60,365 nucleotides of DNA. Origin: a virus (lineage: Duplodnaviria > Caudoviricetes). Below, in pieces: positions 20,901-28,886 of this stretch (within the stretch, counting starts at the first letter, position 1; every line of letters starts with the position of its first letter). Both the position numbers and the translations under genes were made by a program. Under the pieces are notes generated by a model. It made no database searches, was not told the DNA's origin, and saw nothing but the letters and a program-made list of their open reading frames with translations. Location of the stretch: the IMG/VR virus record IMGVR_UViG_3300009786_000013, positions 1 to 60,365 of that record; one strand, written 5' to 3'.

Positions 20901-20944
20901 TCGCCTCTGGTTCCTACATAATCATTTACTGTGAGCACGGGTAG
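14954..20944 (+). CDS. Very large Ig-like/FN3-repeat virion protein (head appendage or adhesin-like)
   Basis: 1996 aa; repeated D.T.P...TF.E/K...DxxGN Ig-like units and FN3-like segments (YSFKIISYN, LAPSTRYVVAFR). Confidence 0.7.
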   Translation: MAKNDVYNSNFGAPTFESLTRGVGKVGVDADYRNDGPDYDDAPQITFYGNVVPPDIDQPDTVSPALELLDPVPDTYLGLGAGAGSELVFLATFNEQLLNFEILGNWALSGPGSTGMSMSSVVLSSGPTAEGKWVYGVYASHGSLTEGILTLAINPGSANSATTIRDAFGNAVASETFDWFIDLTRPRVDAMTPDPDTQPLLILGNNWGDGSSLVWFDLTWNEYIPNNTADNTARYTMHLKDGGGNTLASAAPITAYPLSSNIPSFSGDGDMVTRVKFTQPSTSLLNQTASVELVLNQVNMILDRAGNDMLAEGTTYVWSVDTQAPTWTRADPTCTTVTPPIQLSPGVVVGPEFTEVEFDEFFESVDGQGPIYDPANWIIDGMAANSPQAVSVASVVRTTSFGASPSRYKANFVSSSGIASNETGPMTVTLTNVADISGNAFVGAPLSFTHHRVIDDNGSDLGAQYPTATYTPSGTAPPGWNGAIQVDFVGVVQPMTVARAAAAWDLDLPAGVAFSRVDQVTGAHGVTAHQIHFTWSGFSGVGTVKVKPAGLNLAWDAQGPEGVRAKVGCAGAGGRPLSYAAQSWVDPATYWHEVIIDTTGPSILSWSPSAGVTAAASFGSSITVTFDKPIQETVSVSIAPNIASGSSIIVGAVAYPSATTLTIPLSTFTVEAGDAFIITLANVQDLNGSSLEGSNSAAWTLADTDSPYIMSTLSIMSTVDANGDVESPWGHSASWDLDFTSIPTNDYLGVQGVVIGWNEPTVGFQSTGSGTFAPSNWEVTMGANGDAFPSDCIVEIIAADSTLGTPDGLWDQSGNPALQTQGHTLSQVMFLHCVDQAGAPRIITAAVAAAGVRIKPLTGIVDIAGNNVVAGHAPILLSCTAPEVAPTAAVLSGSLDAGGSDSVDLQFTDSDNPQVAHHYKMFTSTDGGSSWVFGETHYAPSSSTAGSLGWSTPYSFKIISYNSSESLAIDSNVVAVTTPVEPSVYYSPGALSSKAQPLSPENYGGSGYLPDSAFDASGNLITPLTISDLEGIGSPSNDAYGSNAVTLRPDGDGRWIFVLGVVQSPAEISAGGSLTGSATGTDAELYNGWSLASHVEYTYFDLDDVNDVDGFMINSGTGALLPNRPVHTVALTKGAQNGLGTSAKLGYLVFPNTDSEDDWNNVFTDSVSNFGSASAGNDRFSWLPPLAPSTRYVVAFRTVHMDGAAAGAAQYGDWMIFTGAGNSGVSAVDYAGSGWSNHIDIIAGNGAFDGALEGADGRLVTLAPYLPEHPAVDAPVLEIEDAVTLKVSWPHAPVTSKMGLVPDNDTDFFRAELFKDGVLAVASDVTFHGPGHASPTGAVVEQFFGLGAALSESHTWQARVSVRNFAGVLSVATSAVQASGLGGMSNQVVTTEVYTSTPFYVGITAHSIGGSPVSVGSANGTSAVQDSAFDGVIRFTFYNDWDNSSPTTMPSFPAGVAWGDCYTVRVADDVLGVDGNSGSETSVTWRPLTSGEIGSVGFVQDAWYHQFDFSALKQHGRWIQIVIHGENGVVALPEGAGASPHIMLPATLPDSPNWVGEAAGAGSRHCEEAAVGTGTDANTHYIGEHWYNIVWHTNGPVVLDPGFTSSGSPSGYQGAAVFRHVWHAEDATLQSTMGVNSSAASQGWVMAKSYAHGNAVPEWGWFRGYDQHDHKNWYDEVAFGYPVSNATWGAIEDPSKTPSWGKTSGWGAQGSNAVAANIVMSFWAVTDYPLVSGPYQSEQRMVYGMGTTALTPYYYEGEVFVEDSGGNLVTARSQGWLLEAHGFVHGGTHAGRGILQVIVTDAGGASSSPLWDSNLAGVSPPLKISIFDVKSSFNNTTSQFQFLDFRVVDLQRASLTASGNTFPWTSPANPSDWKSQVACTLTFAQGSGTYTPYWTHLGDSTYSNGVTTQTISNSVLMADNAVIAVWTAAATTPYVGMHAGWTFVDATSSSPAHRKIVTGSTVLYYEIESGLYWSDTHWDHSKVASGSYIIIYCEHG

Positions 20945-20952
20945 GAGGTCAC

Positions 20953-21594
20953 ATGGCACAACAAGGTACATCCGGGATGTTTTCCGCCGTAATGGCGAAC
21001 CTGACACCCGCACATCTGTCGGCATACGAGGGTGCGGGGGTCACGAACGGCATCCTCGACGCAACATTCGATCCAGCGGAGTCAACTTCTGGGTTTTCCA
21101 GTGGCATGTATGAGTACGATCCTGCTGCGGATGCATCCCTCGGGTCCTGGCTCGATTGGGACACCCGGATCATCGAACTCGGGGGATCCGATCAGAGTGT
21201 GTTCGACCTCGGCACTCCCTCACGCCGCTGGCGCAACATCTACACCGAAACTGGGGTGGATGTTCTCTCTGACGGGACCCGCAAGAGGTTCATCCGGGAT
21301 TGCGAACTCGGTGTCGGGTTTCTCATGCGGCTTCGGCCCGTGAGCTTCTCTTGGAAGAGGGGAGCTTCGGGAACATTTCACGGGTTCATCGGGCAGGAGG
21401 TTGCCGAGGCTACGAAGGGCCTTCCGTTTTCCGGTGTTGCCGAAAGCGACGGGACATACAGCCTTCGGTACACGGAGCTCTTTGCTCCCCTTGTGAAGGC
21501 CGTTCAGGAGCAGCAGGCCACCATCACCTCCCTCAAGGACGAGCTCGCCGTCCTACGATCCAAACTGGACATCCTGGCCGCCGCTATTGGGTAG
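20953..21594 (+). CDS. Short fibre protein with C-terminal Peptidase S74 intramolecular chaperone
   Basis: DLG..SRRW..IY, SDGTRKRFI, LRPVSF.WK, GFIGQEV, LRYTELFAPLVKAVQE plus coiled coil. Confidence 0.85.
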   Translation: MAQQGTSGMFSAVMANLTPAHLSAYEGAGVTNGILDATFDPAESTSGFSSGMYEYDPAADASLGSWLDWDTRIIELGGSDQSVFDLGTPSRRWRNIYTETGVDVLSDGTRKRFIRDCELGVGFLMRLRPVSFSWKRGASGTFHGFIGQEVAEATKGLPFSGVAESDGTYSLRYTELFAPLVKAVQEQQATITSLKDELAVLRSKLDILAAAIG

Positions 21595-21642
21595 TGTGTG
21601 ACGTGGATTCCACTTGAGGGATCCTCGGAGCATGGAGATCCA

Positions 21643-21924
21643 ATGACGGACAGGAACCTCTTCGAGAAGGTTTTGTTCCCGGAGGGCGTGTCCCACATGG
21701 GGACCTATGCCAATGCCTTCAGAGTCACCGACGACGGGGCCGGGGAGATGTTCCTCGACTTCATGGTCTATTCGGGACAGGAGGAGGAGGCCGAGATGGT
21801 GTCGAGGGTCAGGGTGAGGCAGGACTTCGTCCAGTCCATCCTCGAGCATCTCGCATCATTCGTGGAGGCCGAAAGAGACAGCAGCGGCATATTCCGCCTT
21901 GTGTCCGGGCCAGACATCAACTGA
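21643..21924 (+). CDS. DUF3467-like protein
   Basis: GTYANAFRV...EMFLDF...VSRVRV pattern; ATG after GGAG. Confidence 0.6.
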   Translation: MTDRNLFEKVLFPEGVSHMGTYANAFRVTDDGAGEMFLDFMVYSGQEEEAEMVSRVRVRQDFVQSILEHLASFVEAERDSSGIFRLVSGPDIN

Positions 21925-21971
21925 AGGGTATTGTATGTGGGTCCACCCCGATCCACGGAGGAGAAACAGAC

Positions 21972-22745
21972 ATGGCAAGTATAGAGTTCAAGAAGGGCAA
22001 CCCCCTCAAGCTGAGGGCCACCACGCAAATCCACCTCGGCAAGGTTGAGAAATACATCAACGCTGGCGACATCATCGAGTTCGACGGGCAGACCCTCGAC
22101 CTCGGGGGCGGTGAGATCCATAATCTTCCGCAACTCCGGGGAGCTGTCCTTTCGGGATGGCTCGTTCCTGAATCCGACACCACCACCGTGTATACGCCGA
22201 AGCCGGCAGACATCAAGATCAGGCCGGCCCTGTCCGCTGACAAGGAGCGGGGTGCCGCCATGAAGGTGGAGAAGGTGGAGCATGAGGAGCGCGTCGTGGG
22301 AACCATCGGCAAACCTGCCGAGAACACCGACAGAGGGGCCAGCGGTGAGGGCGTCCCCGTGGGGCGTGTCATGACACCTGCCGTGCAGACACCCATCGTG
22401 AAGGACTCCGCCTCAGCTGCGCGCGAGGCATCCAGACTCGACTCGACCACCCCACCAAAGGTCGAGGCCACCGCCACCGGCGACGTCGATCAGCCCATCA
22501 TTGGGGAGACCCTGACCGACATTCTCCCGAATGCGGCATCCTCTGGAAGGACAATCGCTGCGAAGCCCTCCGGTAAGAGCGTACGACTCGCCAACGGTGA
22601 CGATTGGGACATGGGTCGGCACTGGCGCACCCGAGCCCGGGACGCCCTGCGTAAGTACTCCGGAGACACCGCAGGGTTGGCCGCTGTGAGGGCCGTTGAG
22701 GTCCCTAGCGTCCACAAGTTCATTGACGGCCGGACCAACAAGTAG
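21972..22745 (+). CDS. Hypothetical protein
   Basis: Strong SD GGAGGAG; 257-aa ORF with typical codon bias. Confidence 0.7.
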   Translation: MASIEFKKGNPLKLRATTQIHLGKVEKYINAGDIIEFDGQTLDLGGGEIHNLPQLRGAVLSGWLVPESDTTTVYTPKPADIKIRPALSADKERGAAMKVEKVEHEERVVGTIGKPAENTDRGASGEGVPVGRVMTPAVQTPIVKDSASAAREASRLDSTTPPKVEATATGDVDQPIIGETLTDILPNAASSGRTIAAKPSGKSVRLANGDDWDMGRHWRTRARDALRKYSGDTAGLAAVRAVEVPSVHKFIDGRTNK

Positions 22746-22751
22746 CTGAAA

Positions 22752-22813
22752 CGGTACTCCTCCTATCTCCCACAAGGTTGTGGGCCCTCGGAGGCCCCCA
22801 GAGAGATAGGAGG
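22752..22813 (+). promoter_or_regulatory. Late promoter motif overlapping an 11-bp SD-sequestering inverted repeat
   Basis: CGGT-N7-CTAT; CCTCCTATCTC (22759-69) is complementary to GAGATAGGAGG (22803-13). Confidence 0.65.
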
Positions 22814-22818
22814 CCAGA

Positions 22819-23226
22819 GTGTCGGAGAAGGACAGAAAAGCAAGTAGCCAGGCTGCATGGGCCCTTCTGACCGAGGGCGTTTCGGAAGCTCGCGTCCTCA
22901 CCCACAGGGTGAGGCACATGCTTGACCGCGCACAGGCCGCCGCTGCCGAGTCAGCGGACCGGGAGGCGATCTACCGCGCACTCGGGGATCTTCTGGAGGG
23001 TGCTCCCGAGAGACTGGACAATCTTGAGCGTGTACTCGACCGGACCGGGTACGCCCTGTCGAAAATGGGCGAGGAGTTCCTCAAGGGACGTATCCCCCTG
23101 GATGACAGGTATGAGGTGGATGAGGCCGTGAAGGCTGTTCCTGGGTTCTCTCCTGGGACCCGCCGCAAGTCGTCCCCGAGCCCATCAAGGGTCACGGAGA
23201 GGTACTTGGTGCGGGGGAGAGGGTGA
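22819..23226 (+). CDS. Helical protein with C-terminal PSPSRVTERY motif
   Basis: SD GGAGG, GTG start; overlaps the next gene. Confidence 0.7.
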   Translation: MSEKDRKASSQAAWALLTEGVSEARVLTHRVRHMLDRAQAAAAESADREAIYRALGDLLEGAPERLDNLERVLDRTGYALSKMGEEFLKGRIPLDDRYEVDEAVKAVPGFSPGTRRKSSPSPSRVTERYLVRGRG

Positions 23227-25250
23227 AGTCCAGGGAAGCCTACCGATCTCCTGACTCGCTACCGGGTACGACGACTTACCGGGATGAGGGATCCGCGAAG
23301 GGACTCCCGCCAGACAAGGGCGATGGCGGCGGCCATCAAGACCCCGATTCCGCCTCGAGGCGGGAGCGTGCGCTCCCCGCGCCCGGTGGATCCGACTCCG
23401 AGGAGAAACCCCCCTCCCAGCCAGTCTACAACCTTCCTGGCCCGTCCGACTCCCACCCCGACGGCAGCCTCCACAAGGACAGGGTCCGCACCAAGGGTGT
23501 GCCAGGCGAGCAGTACGATCCAGAGCCCATCGACCAACCTGGCGGTGGTTTCCGCCGGAGGACTCTCCAAGGAGTAGAGGCCGGCAAGAAGAAGCCCTTC
23601 CCGACGAACAAGCAAAAGAAGCAGAAGGGGAAGGCGTACCTGTACTCTCGCCGCTGGTACAAGAAGAACCGCAAGAAGAAGATCATGAAGGTCAAGCGGA
23701 AGTACAGGGTCGAGAAGAACAAGGGCTGGAAGAAGAGAGACATCAAGAACCGGAACAACCCATCCAAGGACAAGAGGTTCCAGCGTAAGCCGGGGGGTGG
23801 CTACAAGGATCCCGCAGATCGCTCCAAGGATTGGAGGGGCGGGGACAAGCGGACCAAACTCAAGGTGAAGCGGAAGAACGCCGCATTCGATGAGGGCCTC
23901 CTCCGCAGGACCCCACCAGCAGCTTCCACAGTCGGGGCCGAGCTGGAACTCATGCTCGAGCTCCAGGAGGATCTCCGGGGCGATTTCATGGACTTCATCC
24001 TGTGGTTGGAGGATGTCGGACCCGCCGAGGTGTTCTTTGCGGAGCTGGAGGAACTCGGCCTCGAGATGCCCCTGGATGAGGTGTATGAGATAGCGGAAGG
24101 GGCGGCAGCGGTGGCCCGAACCCTCAAGGACACTTTCGCCAGGCCAAGACCTGTCGACACAGCTCTCGAGTACGGCATCCCTCTGGAGGCCGTGGGGGAG
24201 CACCCCTCATGGTCCTATCCGAGTACCCATGTCCTCCAGGCAGAGCTTCTCGCACGGTACTTGTCCCATATCCATCCAGAGTACGGGGAGCATTTCCGCT
24301 CCCTGGCCGACGATGTCGCCCGTTCCAGGGTGGTCGGGGGGATGCACTTCCCGAGCGATTGCGAGTACGCAATCGACCTCGCCGATGAGATGGAGGAAGA
24401 CATGATTCAGGAGTGGGGGTACTCGGACGACGCCGCTGGCCGTGTGGCCAGGCGGGCCGACTTCTTCCGCGACCAGGAGTGGAACCCTCAAAGGTCCGAC
24501 GACTCGAGGGAACCGAGCTCCGTCCCCGAAGGCGATGATGTCCCCTCCCAGTCCCCTTCCGGCCTGACATCGTGGGTAGGTCAGCAGGAGGAGCGGGAGA
24601 ACGGGACCCCAGCACATGGGCACCCAGTAGACCGAGACCGTCCTGGAGCTCCAGGCTCCGCCAGGGTGATCCCGAGAGGCCAGGGGTTCTCTGGCCGGAC
24701 CGCCAACCGCCAGCTCGTGGCAGCCAAGCTCGCCGAGATCATGGGCGGCACGGCGCAGAAGGTCCAGCAGAGGGCCGACACCCTGTCGGTCAAGATGACC
24801 CGGGTGATCGGGAAGTCCCCCATGTGGCTGTTCAACGTGTCCGGCGGGGAGAACATCCACCGGGTCAGACTCAAGGCTGTGCGGAAGGGGAACGTCCGGA
24901 CGCTCGCCAAGGCCGACGTCCTGGTGAGCTGCGACTGCGAGTTCTGGCGGTGGCAGGGTCCCGAGCACTGGGCGAAGGCCGGGGGGTATCTCTATGGACG
25001 CCCCCGGGGATCCGCCTCGAGTCCCGCCGTTCGCGACCCGAACGGGGAACACCGGGCCTGCAAGCATGTGGTCGCCGTTCTCCGGAAGGCGAAGGGGTAC
25101 AGCTTCAGGACGAGGAACCAAGATAAGAAGATGCGGGAGCTCCGGCGGAATAAGACCGCCTCCCCGTGGGATCTTCTCATATCTGTCTTGATCCCCTCAC
25201 CGGGTAATGTGGCGGAGAGACACGGGAGGAGGCGAGATGCCGAACTATGA
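23223..25250 (+). CDS. Multidomain protein: Lys-rich segment, PAP2-family phosphatase domain, SWIM-like zinc finger
   Basis: K-x6-RP (KDTFARPRP), YPSTH, SR-x5-H-x3-D (SRVVGGMHFPSD); VSCDC...CKHVVAVL. Confidence 0.8.
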   Translation: MKSREAYRSPDSLPGTTTYRDEGSAKGLPPDKGDGGGHQDPDSASRRERALPAPGGSDSEEKPPSQPVYNLPGPSDSHPDGSLHKDRVRTKGVPGEQYDPEPIDQPGGGFRRRTLQGVEAGKKKPFPTNKQKKQKGKAYLYSRRWYKKNRKKKIMKVKRKYRVEKNKGWKKRDIKNRNNPSKDKRFQRKPGGGYKDPADRSKDWRGGDKRTKLKVKRKNAAFDEGLLRRTPPAASTVGAELELMLELQEDLRGDFMDFILWLEDVGPAEVFFAELEELGLEMPLDEVYEIAEGAAAVARTLKDTFARPRPVDTALEYGIPLEAVGEHPSWSYPSTHVLQAELLARYLSHIHPEYGEHFRSLADDVARSRVVGGMHFPSDCEYAIDLADEMEEDMIQEWGYSDDAAGRVARRADFFRDQEWNPQRSDDSREPSSVPEGDDVPSQSPSGLTSWVGQQEERENGTPAHGHPVDRDRPGAPGSARVIPRGQGFSGRTANRQLVAAKLAEIMGGTAQKVQQRADTLSVKMTRVIGKSPMWLFNVSGGENIHRVRLKAVRKGNVRTLAKADVLVSCDCEFWRWQGPEHWAKAGGYLYGRPRGSASSPAVRDPNGEHRACKHVVAVLRKAKGYSFRTRNQDKKMRELRRNKTASPWDLLISVLIPSPGNVAERHGRRRDAEL

Positions 25251-25626
25251 GTATCAGTGCGGGAGTTGTGAGCTCCACTTCGAGCAACGCCTCCCTATCG
25301 CCCGTCATGATGAGGCCCAGGACTGCCCCGACTGCGGGACGCCTGAAGCCAACAAGCTCGTGTCCGCCGTGGGGTTCATCCTCAAGGGCGACGGATGGGC
25401 GGGCAAGAACAACCGCATCAAGAACCAAATGGCGCAGAAGAATCGACGTCTGGACACTAAAGGCGGTGAGATGAAGCGAGATGCTCCAGTGGCCTCGCTG
25501 TCTCCCAATGTAGAGGGTGAACAGACGGGGAGCTGGGCGGAAGCCAAGGCACTTGCAGCCAGTAAGGGCAAGGAAACAACGTCATACGACTCCTATATCC
25601 GCAAGGAGAAGGCAGGTAGATCATGA
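25237..25626 (+). CDS. FmdB-family zinc-ribbon protein
   Basis: MPNYEYQCGSC...CPDCG...GFILKGDGW. Confidence 0.85.
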   Translation: MPNYEYQCGSCELHFEQRLPIARHDEAQDCPDCGTPEANKLVSAVGFILKGDGWAGKNNRIKNQMAQKNRRLDTKGGEMKRDAPVASLSPNVEGEQTGSWAEAKALAASKGKETTSYDSYIRKEKAGRS

Positions 25627-26336
25627 GAGGCATCGTAGCTAGCATCCGGGAGAGACTCCCGAACCACATCGACATGGTGATTCCGGTTGAGGCCGGGGTA
25701 TCCCAGTACCGCATCCGTGCAGCGAACAACCTGGACACGGCGGCAACTGGGACCACGGATGTCGTGTTCACCGTGCAGTCGAAGGGTTTCTTCCGCTCTC
25801 CGGGCGTGGCTTCCAAGAAGCACCACATCCCCCACGGATCCGGTCGGGACAAGGCCGTCACCCGCGCCATCTTCGATCCAATGGACTACTACGACCCCAC
25901 CGTGGGGGCCACCGATGTGATCCCGCAGGATGATGACATTCTGTTCATGCGGATCGAGCGTTACCTGGACGCCCTGGACAACTGGGAGGCCGCTGGACCG
26001 ATCAACGTGATCCTCCCCGCTTCGGCCATGAGGGTGGGTCGTCCGATCCTCACGCTCTACGGCACGGCCCCGCAAGTGGGGGTCGCTGGGAGCAAGCCCC
26101 CTGCTACCGCCATGCACCTCCACCTGCCCGCTTATACGGCGGAGATGAAGATCATCAACCTCGATGCTGCCAACGACCTACTGGTCGCGTTCGGCACGGG
26201 ACAGACGCTCGCCGTCGTCCCCGCAGGCGGCGACATCCGGCTCTCGTCGGCGAATGCCACGGAGATTCTGCTCGGAGCTGACACGGGCGCCGTCCTGTTT
26301 TCGGCGTTCCTGACTCTGATGAATGGCCCGTCGTAA
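25623..26336 (+). CDS. Putative virion structural protein
   Basis: ATGA-coupled to the previous gene; beta-rich. Confidence 0.55.
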   Translation: MRGIVASIRERLPNHIDMVIPVEAGVSQYRIRAANNLDTAATGTTDVVFTVQSKGFFRSPGVASKKHHIPHGSGRDKAVTRAIFDPMDYYDPTVGATDVIPQDDDILFMRIERYLDALDNWEAAGPINVILPASAMRVGRPILTLYGTAPQVGVAGSKPPATAMHLHLPAYTAEMKIINLDAANDLLVAFGTGQTLAVVPAGGDIRLSSANATEILLGADTGAVLFSAFLTLMNGPS

Positions 26337-26358
26337 CGGGGGGTGCGGTGGACGTGTG

Positions 26359-26392
26359 CGGTACGCCGTCTATACCGATGATAAATGATAGG
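26359..26392 (+). promoter_or_regulatory. Late promoter motif CGGT-N7-CTAT-N14-ATAGG
   Basis: Consensus copy upstream of 26450. Confidence 0.6.
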
Positions 26393-26449
26393 AAGCCGGA
26401 GCCAAGTCCAAGTCGGGCAGGGCCATGAACATTCAAGGAGAAATCTGAA

Positions 26450-27193
26450 ATGCCTTACATCTGCCTACGACGAACTGACATGGGGGACGCCCTTTCGCAG
26501 GGAACCTTCTACGTCGGAGACCTGACCCCCAACGCGGGCCAGAAGATTCTACACGCTGGAGAGCCCGTCTTCGGGATCGACCCCACTGGGAACAACGTGG
26601 AGCCTTCGGCCTATGCTGGACCCATCATCCCCGTGGCGACGAGCGCTGGTTCCACCGTGCTCACTGAAGACCCGGGCGACACGAGTGGCGTCACCAGTGC
26701 CGAGTACACGGGCCTATCGGCCTTCCTGCTCGACAACTGCGTGGACGGTGCCGATGCGGGCACCCTGTCCGCAGCCGACGCCCTCACCATCTCCACAGCC
26801 CTTGTGGCCGAGATGAGGACCAACGGCGGTGCCATGACGAGCGCAGCTATTGAGACCATCATCCAGGTCACCGACGCTGCGGTCACCGTGGCGGCCTCGG
26901 AGATTCAGAACGCTGGCTTCGTTGCCGGCGTCCTGCGTTGTCTGGCTGGTGCGACCTACACGGTTCCCATCACGACCGAGATCTTCGCTGCTGGTGGTAA
27001 TGCTACCGCTGCTGGTGGTTCGTTCACTGCTGCGAACACCCGCCGCTGTGGTCTGATCACTCTGACGGACAGCCTCACGGAGTCCATTCGTGTCGGTCAG
27101 CTCGAAGGGTTCATCGCTGCGGGGTTCTCATACCTGGGAACCGCTGCTGCAGCCGTGGTGGTGTATGACGACGATGGTTCCGTCCTTTCGTAA
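26450..27193 (+). CDS. Putative virion structural protein
   Basis: SD AAGGAG; Ala/Thr/Gly-rich; C-terminal VVYDDDGSVL. Confidence 0.6.
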   Translation: MPYICLRRTDMGDALSQGTFYVGDLTPNAGQKILHAGEPVFGIDPTGNNVEPSAYAGPIIPVATSAGSTVLTEDPGDTSGVTSAEYTGLSAFLLDNCVDGADAGTLSAADALTISTALVAEMRTNGGAMTSAAIETIIQVTDAAVTVAASEIQNAGFVAGVLRCLAGATYTVPITTEIFAAGGNATAAGGSFTAANTRRCGLITLTDSLTESIRVGQLEGFIAAGFSYLGTAAAAVVVYDDDGSVLS

Positions 27194-27269
27194 GTGATCG
27201 GGTCTTGATCCGGTCAGGGGGCGTTGAAGACGTTCTCTGGCTTCACTTATGGAGGAGGGCATTCACGGC

Positions 27270-27503
27270 ATGGTAGAAGAAAAGCGATACAGAACCTCGG
27301 ATCTTTACTACGCAGCATATCTGCGCGTGGCAGGGGTCCCTCTCATTGAGACTGCTCGTGAGGGCGGCAGGGTCTATTTCGTTTTCGAGTCCGTTGAGGG
27401 CCTCCGTGACTTGAAGAACGAGTATTTCAACCGCAAGGCAAAGGTTCCGGCCTTGAGCTATGCCGACGAGATCAGGTCCATGAAGGCCCTGACCCACATG
27501 TAG
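27270..27503 (+). CDS. DUF5659-like small protein
   Basis: TSDLYYAAYL...GRVYFVF pattern. Confidence 0.65.
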   Translation: MVEEKRYRTSDLYYAAYLRVAGVPLIETAREGGRVYFVFESVEGLRDLKNEYFNRKAKVPALSYADEIRSMKALTHM

Positions 27504-27570
27504 GGATCCCCATGCACCCGAGACCAGTCTCCGGCTTCCACCCGATGGTCACGATTGAGGGGGCCCCCAC

Positions 27571-28464
27571 ATGGCGATAGCATTTTCACCCGGGCAGGAA
27601 ACGAGTCGGGGCGACCTGGACATCTTCCTTACGAACTCGTCGGGCAACTCATCGAATGCCTACGCCATCTCCTATGCTGTCTACTTCTTCGACCCCGCCA
27701 CCGAGGAGGAGGTCCTCATCGGCTCCGCCACCAGGACGGCGGTGAATCCTACGGTCGGGGAGTACTATGCTGCGCTTCTGGTACCCCCTTCAGCGGCGGC
27801 CGGGACCTACCGCATCCGGTGGACATTCAACGAGTTTTCCAGCAGCCCCGCACAGTTGGTCGTTCAGGAGTTCGCAGTCGTGGAGTCTTCAGCTCTGCTT
27901 GCAGCCACCTACTCGGATCAAGAGCAGTCGATGATCGACAAACTCCGGCTCCTCCTCCGTGACCAGAATCCAGACAAGTTCTATCACTTCAGGCCGCCAG
28001 AGCATGAGGGGGCCGTAGGGTCCTACAACCGGGTCTTCGGGCAGATCTGGGAGGATGCCGAGCTCCTGGAGTACATCGAGCGCGGCCTCGACTGGTGGAA
28101 CATGTTCCCGCCAGAGACAGAGGAACTCAACACCGTCCACAACCTGGTGATCCGGAAGCCCACCTGGCGCACTGCGATTCTGTGGTCGGCCATCACGCAC
28201 GCCTGCTTCGCCCTCATGGCGAACTGGACCGCCGACGAGTTCGATTACTCTATTGGGGGCGTCAGCCTCAGCCTCGAGCGGTCGTCCAAGTATGAGAGCT
28301 TGAAGTCGAACGCCGAGGGGCAGTTCGACAAGGCCACTGAAGCTAAGGCCCGCACGGTGAAGATCATGCGGGGGCTCTCGCAACCCAAGTACGGGATCGG
28401 TATCCGCTCCGCCTTCGGTCCCCATGTGGGACGTGGCGTCCTCGGACCCCGCAACTTTCTGTAG
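27571..28464 (+). CDS. Head-tail adaptor/neck protein with N-terminal Ig-like domain
   Basis: LRLLLRD...WEDAELLEYI...YSIGGVSLSL; location between head and tail modules. Confidence 0.6.
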   Translation: MAIAFSPGQETSRGDLDIFLTNSSGNSSNAYAISYAVYFFDPATEEEVLIGSATRTAVNPTVGEYYAALLVPPSAAAGTYRIRWTFNEFSSSPAQLVVQEFAVVESSALLAATYSDQEQSMIDKLRLLLRDQNPDKFYHFRPPEHEGAVGSYNRVFGQIWEDAELLEYIERGLDWWNMFPPETEELNTVHNLVIRKPTWRTAILWSAITHACFALMANWTADEFDYSIGGVSLSLERSSKYESLKSNAEGQFDKATEAKARTVKIMRGLSQPKYGIGIRSAFGPHVGRGVLGPRNFL

Positions 28465-28470
28465 ACTCAG

Positions 28471-28500
28471 CGGTACGGCGGCTATCTCTCCGTCATGTAC
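28471..28500 (+). promoter_or_regulatory. Late promoter motif CGGT-N7-CTAT-N11-GTAC
   Basis: Consensus copy upstream of 28515. Confidence 0.55.
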
Positions 28501-28514
28501 GAGGAGGATGAGCC

Positions 28515-28877
28515 TTGGCACAGCACGGCGATACAGTCACATTCCACGTTTTGTTTGTGGATTCGTTCAATGACGGCATGGTCGTCGCGGACGCAACCAT
28601 CGAGGTGTTCACCTTCAATGCAGATGGTGTACGCACGGTTCTTGCTGCTGCGGGCACCGCCATGGACGCGGACGCCGAGAACGGCCACTACAGTTACCAG
28701 TTCGAGGTGGACGGTGACTGGACCGGACTCGGCTACAGCCCCCGCATCCATGCCCTCATGCAGGCCACTGACCCCGTGGGCGGCGGTAAGATCCTGGCAG
28801 AAGACTCCGCCGATATTTACCCAAAGGGGGGTACTTCCAGCACGGGCGGGGGGATGACCGCCAAACTTGTTCAATAG
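28515..28877 (+). CDS. Small Ig-like structural protein
   Basis: TTG start after GAGGAGG; beta-sandwich-like pattern similar to the N-terminus of 27571. Confidence 0.6.
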   Translation: MAQHGDTVTFHVLFVDSFNDGMVVADATIEVFTFNADGVRTVLAAAGTAMDADAENGHYSYQFEVDGDWTGLGYSPRIHALMQATDPVGGGKILAEDSADIYPKGGTSSTGGGMTAKLVQ

Positions 28878-28886
28878 GAGGCGCCA

